A DNA stretch of 50,014 bases from a virus (IMGVR_UViG_3300036801_000108:1-50014), one strand, 5' to 3'. Counted from the first letter of the stretch, positions 37,921 to 46,535 are shown. Notes: generated from the sequence alone by a model not told the origin. Made by a program: numbers and translations.

Positions 37921-37950
37921 TTGCAATGCTGCGGTGCGGTGTGCAATAAT
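37921..37950 (+). promoter_or_regulatory. Sigma70 promoter
   Basis: TTGCAA-N18-AATAAT, 27 nt upstream of ORF 37978. Confidence 0.5.
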
Positions 37951-37977
37951 GGGCGGTGAAGCAGGGAGCACAGGCCA

Positions 37978-38199
37978 ATGATTAAAGCTGAAACCCTACC
38001 ATATACTGCAATGGTCGATGGTCTTGGTGTTGTCCATATCTATCGTAATGAGAATGGTAGGATTGCGGTTGATATCAATGGCAAGATTGCATGGACATAT
38101 ATGGTTGGGTTAGAGCAGACCTTGTGGTATGTAAATGAGGATATTCGGCGCTGGCGATACGTCAATTCCTTTAGCAAGCCTTGCGGCGAAGCCCTCTAG
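37978..38199 (+). CDS. Early hypothetical protein
   Basis: GGGAG RBS; 73 aa. Confidence 0.65.
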   Translation: MIKAETLPYTAMVDGLGVVHIYRNENGRIAVDINGKIAWTYMVGLEQTLWYVNEDIRRWRYVNSFSKPCGEAL

Positions 38200-38205
38200 C
38201 AGAAG

Positions 38206-38418
38206 GTGATGGTGATGAAACTCCCAAAGGGACTGACTGTGGACACAGTAATTGACGCAGCCAAGCGTCAGATGTTCGGCTTGGACAATCCGGGCTTCTG
38301 TCTTGCTTGTGGCTATGAACAGGATGGTTGTGAGCCCGATGCTATGGGTTATGAATGTGAGGAATGCGGTGAGCCTAAGGTTATGGGTGCTGCCGAATTG
38401 GCTATGTGTCTTGCCTAA
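38206..38418 (+). CDS. Small zinc-finger protein
   Basis: GFCLACG..DGCEPDA...CEECG. Confidence 0.8.
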   Translation: MMVMKLPKGLTVDTVIDAAKRQMFGLDNPGFCLACGYEQDGCEPDAMGYECEECGEPKVMGAAELAMCLA

Positions 38419-38419
38419 A

Positions 38420-38478
38420 GGTCGAAACCCAAGGCTAATCCCTTGGGTCTGCCAGTGATGCTGGTACTGATGATGACC
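38420..38478 (+). ncRNA. Hammerhead ribozyme, type II
   Basis: GGUC-GAAA, stem III CCCAAGG/CCUUGGG, GUC cleavage triplet, stem I UGCCAG/CUGGUA, CUGAUGA-U-GACC; complete catalytic core. Confidence 0.9.
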
Positions 38479-38549
38479 ACTAGGCCGCCCACCTCAACGG
38501 CCTAGCGTGGGCTATCTCCCACGGGCTGTTTGAAACGATGTAAGACTAT

Positions 38550-38683
38550 GGGATTGTATCGGCGGAGGCAGAGTGCTAGTTCGCTCCTAGCATTGCCGCT
38601 ATAGTGTGGAGCGTGCACTATAGATAGGCTAAAGTGATTGGCTAAGAACCAGTTGCTGTGTCTGCCTCCACCCGTGCAATCCC
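38550..38683 (+). ncRNA. Structured RNA domain with a multi-way junction and kissing loops
   Basis: Closing stem 38550-72/38661-83, three internal hairpins, complementary loops CGCUC and GAGCG. Confidence 0.6.
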
Positions 38684-38898
38684 GCACGACCAATATGCCA
38701 CGATCCAAGACCGATGGGGCCTAGGGGCTCTGCCCTTGCCAACGCAATGGTAGCGACTGCCGCGAAGCGTTCACGCCTAGCAATAGTCCAAAGACCACTG
38801 CCGAAGCTCGGCCAACCCTTGCGACCGCCATAACCATCAGTGACTACCTTGGCATATACCCCGGTGGCAATCCCGCCACCACAAAGAGGACTGTAGTT

Positions 38899-39585
38899 AT
38901 GACAGACCTAGCGACTGATGTTGCGGCCGACGCCGCGGTACCCTCCACTGACATCACCTTTGCCCTTAAAAACGGCGCAGGCGAGTTCACGGTCAATACC
39001 TTACGGCTCCCAATCGACGTATACCGCGAAGCCCTCATGCAGGGCCTCAAGGCCATCGCCGAACGCAACATGAGCAAGCTTACCAAAGCTGCATTCCCCG
39101 AGGACAACGCTGACGGCACCAAGCGCAAAGCCGCTATCCGTGCCAAGGCCGAGGCCAACATCGAGGACATGTACTCCGGTAAGACCAAGATCACCGGCCA
39201 GTCTAAGGCCAAAAAGGCCGGTGGGAATAAGGAAGTGGTCGCCGAAGCCATGCGGCTGGCGCGAAACCTCGTCAAGGACGCAATCAAAGCGGCCAAGGGC
39301 AAGATTTCGCACTACAAGGCTTCGGAAATCACCGAGGGCGCCAAGCAGCTTATCGCTGCCGATCCCTCGATCTTGGAGACAGCCAAGGCCAATCTCGAAG
39401 CGCGGGCAGCGACCCCGGTGAAGCTCAACGTCATGAGCGTCATCAAGGCCGATCCCAAGCTGGTGGCCGAGGACGAAGCCAAGAAGGCCAAGGCCAAGGC
39501 GGACAAGCCCCTTAGCGCAAAGCAGGCCGGTAAGGTCGCGCCGAGGGCAAAGGGCTCGAAGCCGCAGCCGCAGGCTAACGCCTAA
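38899..39585 (+). CDS. Lys/Ala-rich basic protein (possible nucleic-acid binder)
   Basis: AGAGGA RBS; 228 aa; strongly biased codons; K/A-rich tail. Confidence 0.8.
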   Translation: MTDLATDVAADAAVPSTDITFALKNGAGEFTVNTLRLPIDVYREALMQGLKAIAERNMSKLTKAAFPEDNADGTKRKAAIRAKAEANIEDMYSGKTKITGQSKAKKAGGNKEVVAEAMRLARNLVKDAIKAAKGKISHYKASEITEGAKQLIAADPSILETAKANLEARAATPVKLNVMSVIKADPKLVAEDEAKKAKAKADKPLSAKQAGKVAPRAKGSKPQPQANA

Positions 39586-39869
39586 CGGAACGTCCATCGT
39601 GACTAAACTAGCCGAGTAATTGGAACCTAGGGTACGCAAGACGGAGCCCCCGCTCCTGATCTACCCTCTGACAACAGCCAAGGATCGGCTAGTTCTCCTT
39701 CCAACACCCATCCAGAGTTAACAGCTTTAGTATGGAATGGGACTAAAAAGCTGATTATGACGACCCAACTCTCCCCCAAGGGCACCCGGCGGTATATCCG
39801 CGCTGGCCCCTTGGGCTTCTTCCAGCAACGATGTGAGCAAGTGCCAGCATTGCTAGGCCATAGGCCCAC

Positions 39870-40613
39870 ATGACGCAAACCCAAACAGGGCATCCGACTG
39901 CCCTAACGGAGCACCATCTAATGACCGGACATCAAATCAACAGCCTCGTTGGCGATCTTGTCGCTATGGCACAAGCCATGGAGCGACTGCCACAGGTCGA
40001 AACAGAACTTCATCGGCTTGAACATGAGCTTGAACAGGCTCACGCAACTATCAGCCATCGCGAGCTTCGGATCATCGACCTTAAGCAGCAGATTGAGGAC
40101 TTGCAGTCCAAGCTCTCGCAGGCGGAGGTAGCCCGTGACGACGCCGAGCTTCGGTTTCTCGAAGCTGACGAGAAGTCTTCCAAGGTGGTTCGCTTCTTGG
40201 CTCAAATTCAGGGCATGGCTGTCCAAGCTGAATGCGAACTGAACCCGCCCAAGCCAATGCCGCAGCCCGAAGTAACGGCCGAGGCAGTCTATCACGTTGG
40301 CGATCGTAGGCTCAGCGATAACGGCTCCGTGGTCAGTGTGCAAACGGACCCTACGAATGGCGCTTCCGTCAGCGAGGAACCGAGCCAGTCGGACCCTACT
40401 GGAGTCGTCCCCGATACTGTGGCTGTGGAGCACTCCGGTACTTCTCCCTTGATTGTCGATGCCCCAAGTGCGGTCGAGACTAATCCCGGCCCCTATCACG
40501 GCCGCCGCTACATCGACGTCCCCGGCTGGATTTCCCGCGCTGATTGGCTCGCTGGTGGCGGGACCAATGAGGACTATGATTGGCGCGAGGGCCAGCAATC
40601 CGCAGCGCAATAG
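39870..40613 (+). CDS. Coiled-coil protein
   Basis: Heptad-rich N-terminal half, low-complexity linker, small C-terminal domain. Confidence 0.75.
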   Translation: MTQTQTGHPTALTEHHLMTGHQINSLVGDLVAMAQAMERLPQVETELHRLEHELEQAHATISHRELRIIDLKQQIEDLQSKLSQAEVARDDAELRFLEADEKSSKVVRFLAQIQGMAVQAECELNPPKPMPQPEVTAEAVYHVGDRRLSDNGSVVSVQTDPTNGASVSEEPSQSDPTGVVPDTVAVEHSGTSPLIVDAPSAVETNPGPYHGRRYIDVPGWISRADWLAGGGTNEDYDWREGQQSAAQ

Positions 40614-40673
40614 GCTTTGCATCCATCAATCCTTGGGGCTGGCCGAAGCCAGCCCCAAACAATGGAGGGACCA

Positions 40674-40832
40674 ATGATTACTCTTTGGTTTTGTATGCCA
40701 TCTTCAACGAACAAAGACAATTATGCAAGCTGTGACAAGCGGTTCAAATCACACGATGAGCTTGTTACATGGCTAGAGGACGCCACTACCACTAAAGGCC
40801 CTATTCTAGTTACAAAAGTCATATACAAATGA
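40674..40832 (+). CDS. Small hypothetical protein (MITLWFC...)
   Basis: GGAGGG RBS before ATG 40674. Confidence 0.55.
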   Translation: MITLWFCMPSSTNKDNYASCDKRFKSHDELVTWLEDATTTKGPILVTKVIYK

Positions 40833-40902
40833 CTCCCCAACCTACCAACTACTCCCACCATATCCTCACATACCTCATGTGGCAATTTTGGAAAGGAAGG
40901 CG

Positions 40903-41043
40903 ATGATGCTAAAGCCTAATCTCAAGAAACTTCAACGCCAAGCCAAGCGCAATCTCAAGATGCGCGATTACAAGCCGAACGGCGAGCGCGAGGTAGCACG
41001 ACGCAAACGCCAGCTAGACCAAGGACGCTTGCGTTCGACCTAA
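40903..41043 (+). CDS. 46-aa basic peptide (MMLKPNLKK...NGEREVARRKRQ)
   Basis: Translated by hand; AGGAAGG RBS; followed by a terminator. Confidence 0.55.
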   Translation: MMLKPNLKKLQRQAKRNLKMRDYKPNGEREVARRKRQLDQGRLRST

Positions 41044-41052
41044 CCTTCCCTC

Positions 41053-41085
41053 TGGCCCTAGCCCTCACCCGGCTAGGGCCATTTT
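41053..41085 (+). terminator. Intrinsic terminator
   Basis: 11-bp stem TGGCCCTAGCC/GGCTAGGGCCA followed by TTTT. Confidence 0.75.
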
Positions 41086-41116
41086 CATTAGCCCCATATC
41101 TAACCACACTAGGCCA

Positions 41117-41145
41117 TTGACTTTCGCGGCTTGGTGTGGTACAAT
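41117..41145 (+). promoter_or_regulatory. Strong sigma70 promoter
   Basis: TTGACT-N17-TACAAT with extended -10 TG. Confidence 0.8.
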
Positions 41146-41171
41146 GGTAGTCATAATGGAGGATTGCTCCA

Positions 41172-41393
41172 ATGAAATCATTTATAGTTGGTCATATTGA
41201 CTGGAGCGAGAACGAACTTAGATTAGAACACCACATGGGCGAAGACTGGCGTGCGGCAGTAGCACAACACAGCAAATACCCATGGCGCGAATACCCTCAA
41301 GACGATGAATTGTTCACAAGCAGACTAAATCCCGAGGCTTTCAAACAAACTTGCTTTGATTGTGACTGCATGATGTCTTGGATAGAGATTTAG
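41172..41393 (+). CDS. Hypothetical protein
   Basis: GGAGG RBS; 73 aa. Confidence 0.7.
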   Translation: MKSFIVGHIDWSENELRLEHHMGEDWRAAVAQHSKYPWREYPQDDELFTSRLNPEAFKQTCFDCDCMMSWIEI

Positions 41394-41395
41394 CC

Positions 41396-41563
41396 ATGCC
41401 CATGATCCTCGACGCTTATGAATGGTACATCGAACGTGCCAAGCTGATGCACTGGCACATCCCCACTCGCGAGCAATGGAACGAATGGTGCGCTCGTCCT
41501 CGACCTGCGCCACTGCTCCCCCATTGGACCTTCTCACCTGCCGATTGGAGCCGAGAGTCATGA
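41396..41563 (+). CDS. Small hypothetical protein
   Basis: Starts MPMILDAYEWY; packed in the operon. Confidence 0.5.
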   Translation: MPMILDAYEWYIERAKLMHWHIPTREQWNEWCARPRPAPLLPHWTFSPADWSRES

Positions 41564-42120
41564 CCGAACCTGCGAACACCCGCGCCCCTCCCTCCCCACA
41601 AGCCGCGCAGCCGGTCGCGTGGGACGACAACAGGTTAGCCGCGTGGGCTCGCAACTGGCACTGGAACGATTGCGCCGAGGATAGGCCAGTCGATCCGTCG
41701 ATTTACTTCCGCGACATGCGAATGCTCAAAGCGTTCGTTGCCCTCTTCTCCGCACCCCCACCCGCTCAAGGCTCGGAGGTCAAGCCACATATTTACGCGC
41801 CGGATTATCAGGCAATGGGCGATTGCCGAGTGTGTGGGCACGAGGAAAACAAACCTTGGCATTTGTATTCTGGAGCGGCGCAGGTTCAAGGCTCGGATGA
41901 GGGGGAGCATCGCAAGTGCTCTGAGGGAAGCGCGGACGACTTGAGAGCGCAGGGATGGTCAGTGGCCGTACACAACGATTATTCCCTTCATGGGACGCCT
42001 CACACTTTTTGGCTTTTGACCAAAGATGGCAGAGCGATCAAGGGCGAGGGCTTTACCGACGCCGACGCTTTGAACGCCATCCGCGCCCTCGCACAGCAAC
42101 CTGAACACCATGGGGAGTAA
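41560..42120 (+). CDS. Mosaic multi-domain hypothetical protein
   Basis: ATGA-coupled start MTEPAN; QPVAW, CRVCG and GWSVAVHNDY modules. Confidence 0.65.
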   Translation: MTEPANTRAPPSPQAAQPVAWDDNRLAAWARNWHWNDCAEDRPVDPSIYFRDMRMLKAFVALFSAPPPAQGSEVKPHIYAPDYQAMGDCRVCGHEENKPWHLYSGAAQVQGSDEGEHRKCSEGSADDLRAQGWSVAVHNDYSLHGTPHTFWLLTKDGRAIKGEGFTDADALNAIRALAQQPEHHGE

Positions 42121-42123
42121 CCA

Positions 42124-42585
42124 ATGACCACCACCCTCTACAACCTCCGCACCGACGGCGACCAATACCGCATCACCAAGTTCACCGACGGCAACCCCGA
42201 ATCCTCCTACCTCATCTCCCACTTCGAATGCCAATGCCCGGCTGGCGAGCGCGCGACCTGCCGACATCGAGCAATGCTACCTGTAATGCTCAATCACGAG
42301 ATGGCCAACACGCCCTATTTCTGGGATTTCGATATCAGCCGCATGTGTGATTTCGAGGGTAATACTCTTGAAATGATGCCTGTGGCCGAAGGCCCTCCAG
42401 CCGAAGCTTTACCTACATCAATTCCTCCACCTGCCGCGACAGCGATGCACGCCGAACCTGCGCCCCATGGTGTAGTGGTTAGCACGAGGGACTTTGCCCA
42501 CAATGAACTAATCGATCAAGCAGTAGCTGCGGGACCAATCAAGATCACAACTCCACTTCCTTTAATACGCTGGCGCAGGCTCTAA
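42124..42585 (+). CDS. SWIM-type zinc-finger protein
   Basis: CQCPAGERATCRH (CxC...CxH); ends WRRL. Confidence 0.75.
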   Translation: MTTTLYNLRTDGDQYRITKFTDGNPESSYLISHFECQCPAGERATCRHRAMLPVMLNHEMANTPYFWDFDISRMCDFEGNTLEMMPVAEGPPAEALPTSIPPPAATAMHAEPAPHGVVVSTRDFAHNELIDQAVAAGPIKITTPLPLIRWRRL

Positions 42586-42589
42586 CCCC

Positions 42590-43228
42590 ATGCCCATCCC
42601 CCCACTCAACCCCCTCGCCTACCTGCGGTCCCCAATCACCGCCCACACCGATTCGCGACTAATCGACGCGGTGTTTCGCAAGACCCAAGCATTCCGTTGC
42701 GAGCAGCTTGCCTTCAAGGACTACCCGCGCCACGTCCTCGACTTCGGCGGCGGCTTCGGGGTGCATTATCGGCAGTTTGGCTACCGAACCCAACGCTGGG
42801 CCGTGGTGGAAAACATCGAGATAGTTCGCAAGGCCCAAACCTGCGATCTCGAATCCTCTAACCTCCGCTTCTTTCCCAACATCAGCGAGGCCATGGCTTG
42901 GCTCGGCACCTGCGATCTTGTCTATTCCAACGGCGCGTTGCAATATACCCATGTGCCTATAGCCATCCTTATTCAATTAATCGCTTTTGGCATCCCCACC
43001 ATCCGCTGGGACCGAACCGAGCTATCCTTCGATTCCTCTACTACCGACATCGAACGCACTTGGCTCTCTTGGCACGGGCCACGCACCAACGTCCCTATCA
43101 CCGAGCGCCGAGTCCTACTCCCCCGTACCCTAATCCCTTGCTCCACCTTCCTCGCTGCGCACTCGGCCTACACCGCACGTGCGTCCTCGCGCACCAGCTT
43201 CCACTTCCAGCTAAAGGCATCACCATGA
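42590..43228 (+). CDS. Class I SAM-dependent methyltransferase (TIGR04325-like)
   Basis: VLDFGGGFGVHY motif I, WAVVE, DLVYSNGALQY. Confidence 0.8.
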   Translation: MPIPPLNPLAYLRSPITAHTDSRLIDAVFRKTQAFRCEQLAFKDYPRHVLDFGGGFGVHYRQFGYRTQRWAVVENIEIVRKAQTCDLESSNLRFFPNISEAMAWLGTCDLVYSNGALQYTHVPIAILIQLIAFGIPTIRWDRTELSFDSSTTDIERTWLSWHGPRTNVPITERRVLLPRTLIPCSTFLAAHSAYTARASSRTSFHFQLKASP

Positions 43229-43416
43229 CCCCACGATATCTAGTCTTTGCTTGCGAAGCCTACTACCCCAGTGGTGGTTGGGGAGACTTCCAAAAAGCAT
43301 TCACTTCCTACCAAGAAGCACGCGACTACGCTGATAGCATCCGGCATAAGTGGAGCGGTAGCGTAGAACTTGTGGACCTTAACTATGTTTATCCAGATCG
43401 TAGGGGACAGCTATGA
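43225..43416 (+). CDS. Small conserved-type phage protein
   Basis: RYLVFA..YYPSGGWGDF; ATGA coupling. Confidence 0.7.
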   Translation: MTPRYLVFACEAYYPSGGWGDFQKAFTSYQEARDYADSIRHKWSGSVELVDLNYVYPDRRGQL

Positions 43417-43754
43417 TGGGCACCCTCGACACCGACCCCCCACCTCATGCCGTAACCCTATGGCTCACCGACCACGACATCATCGTCCAACTCCCGATGA
43501 CCGCCGGCGGCATCCCCTACCTGCTCAAGCTCCCGCTCTCCGAAGGCGGCCTCATGCAGGCCCTCGAACTCCTGCGCAAGCGCAAGCACGAGGTCCTATC
43601 CCCATTGGAGGCCCAAGCCCTCTACGAGCCCCCGCGACATCAACCCCAAGTCAAACTCACCAAGGCTCAAGAACGGCTCAATGCCGAGACCACACCCGAG
43701 CAACGGGCCGCGGCTAAGGCATTGATTGAGCGGTTGGGATTGGTGAAGCGATGA
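43413..43754 (+). CDS. Hypothetical protein
   Basis: 113 aa, coupled on both sides. Confidence 0.7.
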   Translation: MMGTLDTDPPPHAVTLWLTDHDIIVQLPMTAGGIPYLLKLPLSEGGLMQALELLRKRKHEVLSPLEAQALYEPPRHQPQVKLTKAQERLNAETTPEQRAAAKALIERLGLVKR

Positions 43755-44245
43755 CCGATCTCTTCCTAATTGCCCACACGGCAGCGGCAGTTAGTCTAGA
43801 AAGACGATTGCTTGAGAAAACAACTAAGCTGGAAAATGGCTGCTGGTATTGTAGCGCTGGCGGTGAAGAAAGTCGTTATGGCACCATCTGGTTTAAGCAC
43901 CAAAATATCGGTAATCATGTTGCGTCATATTTAGTGCATAAAGGTTCAATTCCCAACGGTATGTTAGTCTGTCACACCTGCGATTACAAGCGATGCATTG
44001 CACCAGATCATTTGTTCTTGGGCAGTAACCAAGACAACACAGATGACATGATACGCAAAGGGCGTAAAGATAGGCGGGTTGGTAGTTTGAATACACGGGC
44101 CATTCTTACTGAGGATCAAGTTCGTGAAATCAAATACTTTCTTGAACACGCAGGTATGACACAACAAGCCATTGCCGATTATTTTGGCGTATCTCGGGTT
44201 ATTATCAGTCAAATCAATACAGGCAAGAGGTGGGTGCATGTCTGA
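43751..44245 (+). CDS. HNH homing-type endonuclease with C-terminal HTH
   Basis: GCW, VCHTCD...CIAPDHLFLGS..DN..DM, LTEDQVREI..TQQAIADYFGVS; AT-rich. Confidence 0.9.
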   Translation: MTDLFLIAHTAAAVSLERRLLEKTTKLENGCWYCSAGGEESRYGTIWFKHQNIGNHVASYLVHKGSIPNGMLVCHTCDYKRCIAPDHLFLGSNQDNTDDMIRKGRKDRRVGSLNTRAILTEDQVREIKYFLEHAGMTQQAIADYFGVSRVIISQINTGKRWVHV

Positions 44246-44639
44246 ATTATATTTGGTGGCGCATAAAGTTAGAGGCGAACCTGCTTTCGATATCGCGACG
44301 CGGATCGAGTGCGCCGAATGCAAACAAGATAATGGCAATATCCCCGGTTGCAGCGAATGCGACGGCCTCGGCTATTGGTGGATCATCCCCACCTCTGGCC
44401 ACCGGGCATATCCGTGGCGTTGGTGGGGATTAGATCACTTGCGTTATCAATCACAAGCCGAGGTACAGGATTGGGATGACGTAGTACAACCAATGGATGA
44501 AATCCAAAATGGTGTTCCAGACCACCTCCCCGACCACTACCCTACCCGCTCCGCCTCTACCCCATCCTTGACCGATATCCTTGGCCTGCGAAAGCCTAAG
44601 CCAGCAACACCACCCGCACCAATCGTGAGGCGGCTATGA
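44238..44639 (+). CDS. Zinc-finger protein
   Basis: Starts MSELYLVAHKVRGEPAFDIA; CAEC..CSECDG; WIIPTSGHRAYP; ends VRRL. Confidence 0.75.
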   Translation: MSELYLVAHKVRGEPAFDIATRIECAECKQDNGNIPGCSECDGLGYWWIIPTSGHRAYPWRWWGLDHLRYQSQAEVQDWDDVVQPMDEIQNGVPDHLPDHYPTRSASTPSLTDILGLRKPKPATPPAPIVRRL

Positions 44640-44845
44640 GGAAACCTAAGTCACCACCCGACCTACGCCCCAACTGGCGCGACCCAGCAATGAAAGTACT
44701 TGTCCAATCCAAAACCGAGGGCCAAATCTACATCGAGCCCGAGCGCTTGGTCAAAGTCGCGCAGCATCGCTTGGCCTTTGCCAACGAACCGACCTACCAC
44801 ACCGACCCGACCTACAACCTGCGAAAGGACCACCGCAAGCCATGA
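44636..44845 (+). CDS. Small hypothetical protein
   Basis: 69 aa, ATGA-coupled. Confidence 0.6.
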   Translation: MRKPKSPPDLRPNWRDPAMKVLVQSKTEGQIYIEPERLVKVAQHRLAFANEPTYHTDPTYNLRKDHRKP

Positions 44846-45078
44846 CCGAACCCTTCTCCACCATCGGCGGAATCGCCACCAAAGACGAAGCCTACCGCAA
44901 ACTAATGCACCACATTGAAGAAGCCATCAACCAATGCCTCGCCATCGGCCATTTCTACAACACCGAAGACGACAACACCTCGCGCCTGATCGCCAAGGGC
45001 TGGTACGGGATCGGCAACGAATTGCTGCCAAGGTTCAAGGAACAGGTTCGGCAACTCGCAATGAGGAGGGCGAATTGA
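44842..45078 (+). CDS. Small hypothetical protein
   Basis: 78 aa, ATGA-coupled. Confidence 0.65.
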   Translation: MTEPFSTIGGIATKDEAYRKLMHHIEEAINQCLAIGHFYNTEDDNTSRLIAKGWYGIGNELLPRFKEQVRQLAMRRAN

Positions 45079-46505
45079 CCCCAACCCCCGAACAATTCGC
45101 CATCCTCGATCACTGCACTACCAAGGACCATCCCAACCTCATGATCAACGCCTTAGCAGGCACAGGCAAATCCGCAACGCTCAAGCTAATCGATCAAGTC
45201 CATCGAACCAAGCCCGCGCTCTATCTCGTATTCAACAAACGTAACCAACTCGAAGCCATTGAGGCCCAAAAGGCCGGCGACTTCGCCTCAACCACCACGA
45301 TCAAAACCTTCAACTCCCTCGGGCACGGCATCTGGGCCAAGGCCATTGCCCACGATATCCACCTCGACAAGTCCAAATCCCGAACCCTCTGGCGCGAGAT
45401 GATCGACGAGATGTCCCGCGCCGATGCCAATGCCGCGTGGAAGGAATATTCCGTGGTGATGGATGGAATGGAGAAGGCTAAGGCCTTAGGCTATGTGCCT
45501 AAGTCGGTCAAGCTTCCACACCAATCCCTAATCGATCACACCGCGCTCCACCACGCAATGGATGAAAGGCCTAACGAATATGCCGGAGAACTCATTGATC
45601 AACTGCTCAAGGCCTCGATCACCAAGGCTTACTCCGGCCTTATTGATTTCAACGATCAGATTTACATGCCCGCATTGTTTGGAGGAACATTCCCAAAGTT
45701 TCCCCGCGTCATGGTTGACGAGTACCAAGATCAATCGCCGGTTAACCATGCGCTGCTCCAACGTCTCGTCAAAGGTCGTCTTATTGGAGTTGGCGATCCA
45801 TATCAAAACATCTATGGCTTCCGCGGGGCCAAGTCGGGAGGGATGTCCTCGGCAATCGACACTTACTCCATGACCCAACTCCCACTCTCCATATCCTTCC
45901 GCTGCCCATCCGCCATCGTCGAAGCAGCCCGCTGGCGCGTCCCCCACTTCCAATGGTCCAAACGCGGAGGCAATGTCAGTGTGGCCAACACCTACAACGG
46001 TTGCGATTTCCCTGACGATAGCACTATTATCTGTCGCAACAATGCACCATTGCTTCGATTGGCCTTTAAGCTTATCTCAGCAGGTCGCTCTGTTAGCGTT
46101 GTCGGTAGCGAACTTGGTCCTCGTCTGGTCGCTATCATGAAGAAACTCGGCGATGCCACTATGCCGCGCGCGCGCTTGTTCACCGAAATCGAATCATGGC
46201 GCGAGGCCCGCCTAATCGCGGGCTCCAAATCCGCCAACGACCTCGCCGACTGCATGCGGGTCTTCGCTGAACACGGCGACACTCTATCCTCTGCCATTTC
46301 CTACGCCGAACACATCTTCGCTCAATCCGGCACCATTCGCCTGCTCACCGGACACAAGGCCAAGGGGCTAGAATTCGAAAACGTCTTCTGGCTCGATCGG
46401 CGCCTGTGCGGTGACAACGAGCAAGACCTTAATCTCCAATACGTCATCACCACCCGCAGCCAACATTCGCTCACCGAGCTTGACTCCTCTAGCATAGTGT
46501 GGTAA
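45075..46505 (+). CDS. UvrD/Rep-family SF1 helicase
   Basis: TTG start after GAGGAGG; ALAGTGKS, VDEYQD, VGDPYQNIYGFRGA, SFRCP, HKAKGLEF. Confidence 0.92.
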   Translation: MTPTPEQFAILDHCTTKDHPNLMINALAGTGKSATLKLIDQVHRTKPALYLVFNKRNQLEAIEAQKAGDFASTTTIKTFNSLGHGIWAKAIAHDIHLDKSKSRTLWREMIDEMSRADANAAWKEYSVVMDGMEKAKALGYVPKSVKLPHQSLIDHTALHHAMDERPNEYAGELIDQLLKASITKAYSGLIDFNDQIYMPALFGGTFPKFPRVMVDEYQDQSPVNHALLQRLVKGRLIGVGDPYQNIYGFRGAKSGGMSSAIDTYSMTQLPLSISFRCPSAIVEAARWRVPHFQWSKRGGNVSVANTYNGCDFPDDSTIICRNNAPLLRLAFKLISAGRSVSVVGSELGPRLVAIMKKLGDATMPRARLFTEIESWREARLIAGSKSANDLADCMRVFAEHGDTLSSAISYAEHIFAQSGTIRLLTGHKAKGLEFENVFWLDRRLCGDNEQDLNLQYVITTRSQHSLTELDSSSIVW

Positions 46506-46535
46506 GATGGTAGCTATCATCGTGAAGGAATCCTG

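Noticed and set aside
39620-39680. ykkC/guanidine-I or c-di-GMP riboswitch suggested by CUAGGGU and ACGCAA
   Set aside because: The remaining consensus elements are absent; kept only as an unassigned structure.
43778-44264. Group I intron carrying the HNH gene
   Set aside because: The ORF fills the whole insert, leaving no room for an intron core, and no P7-like elements were seen.
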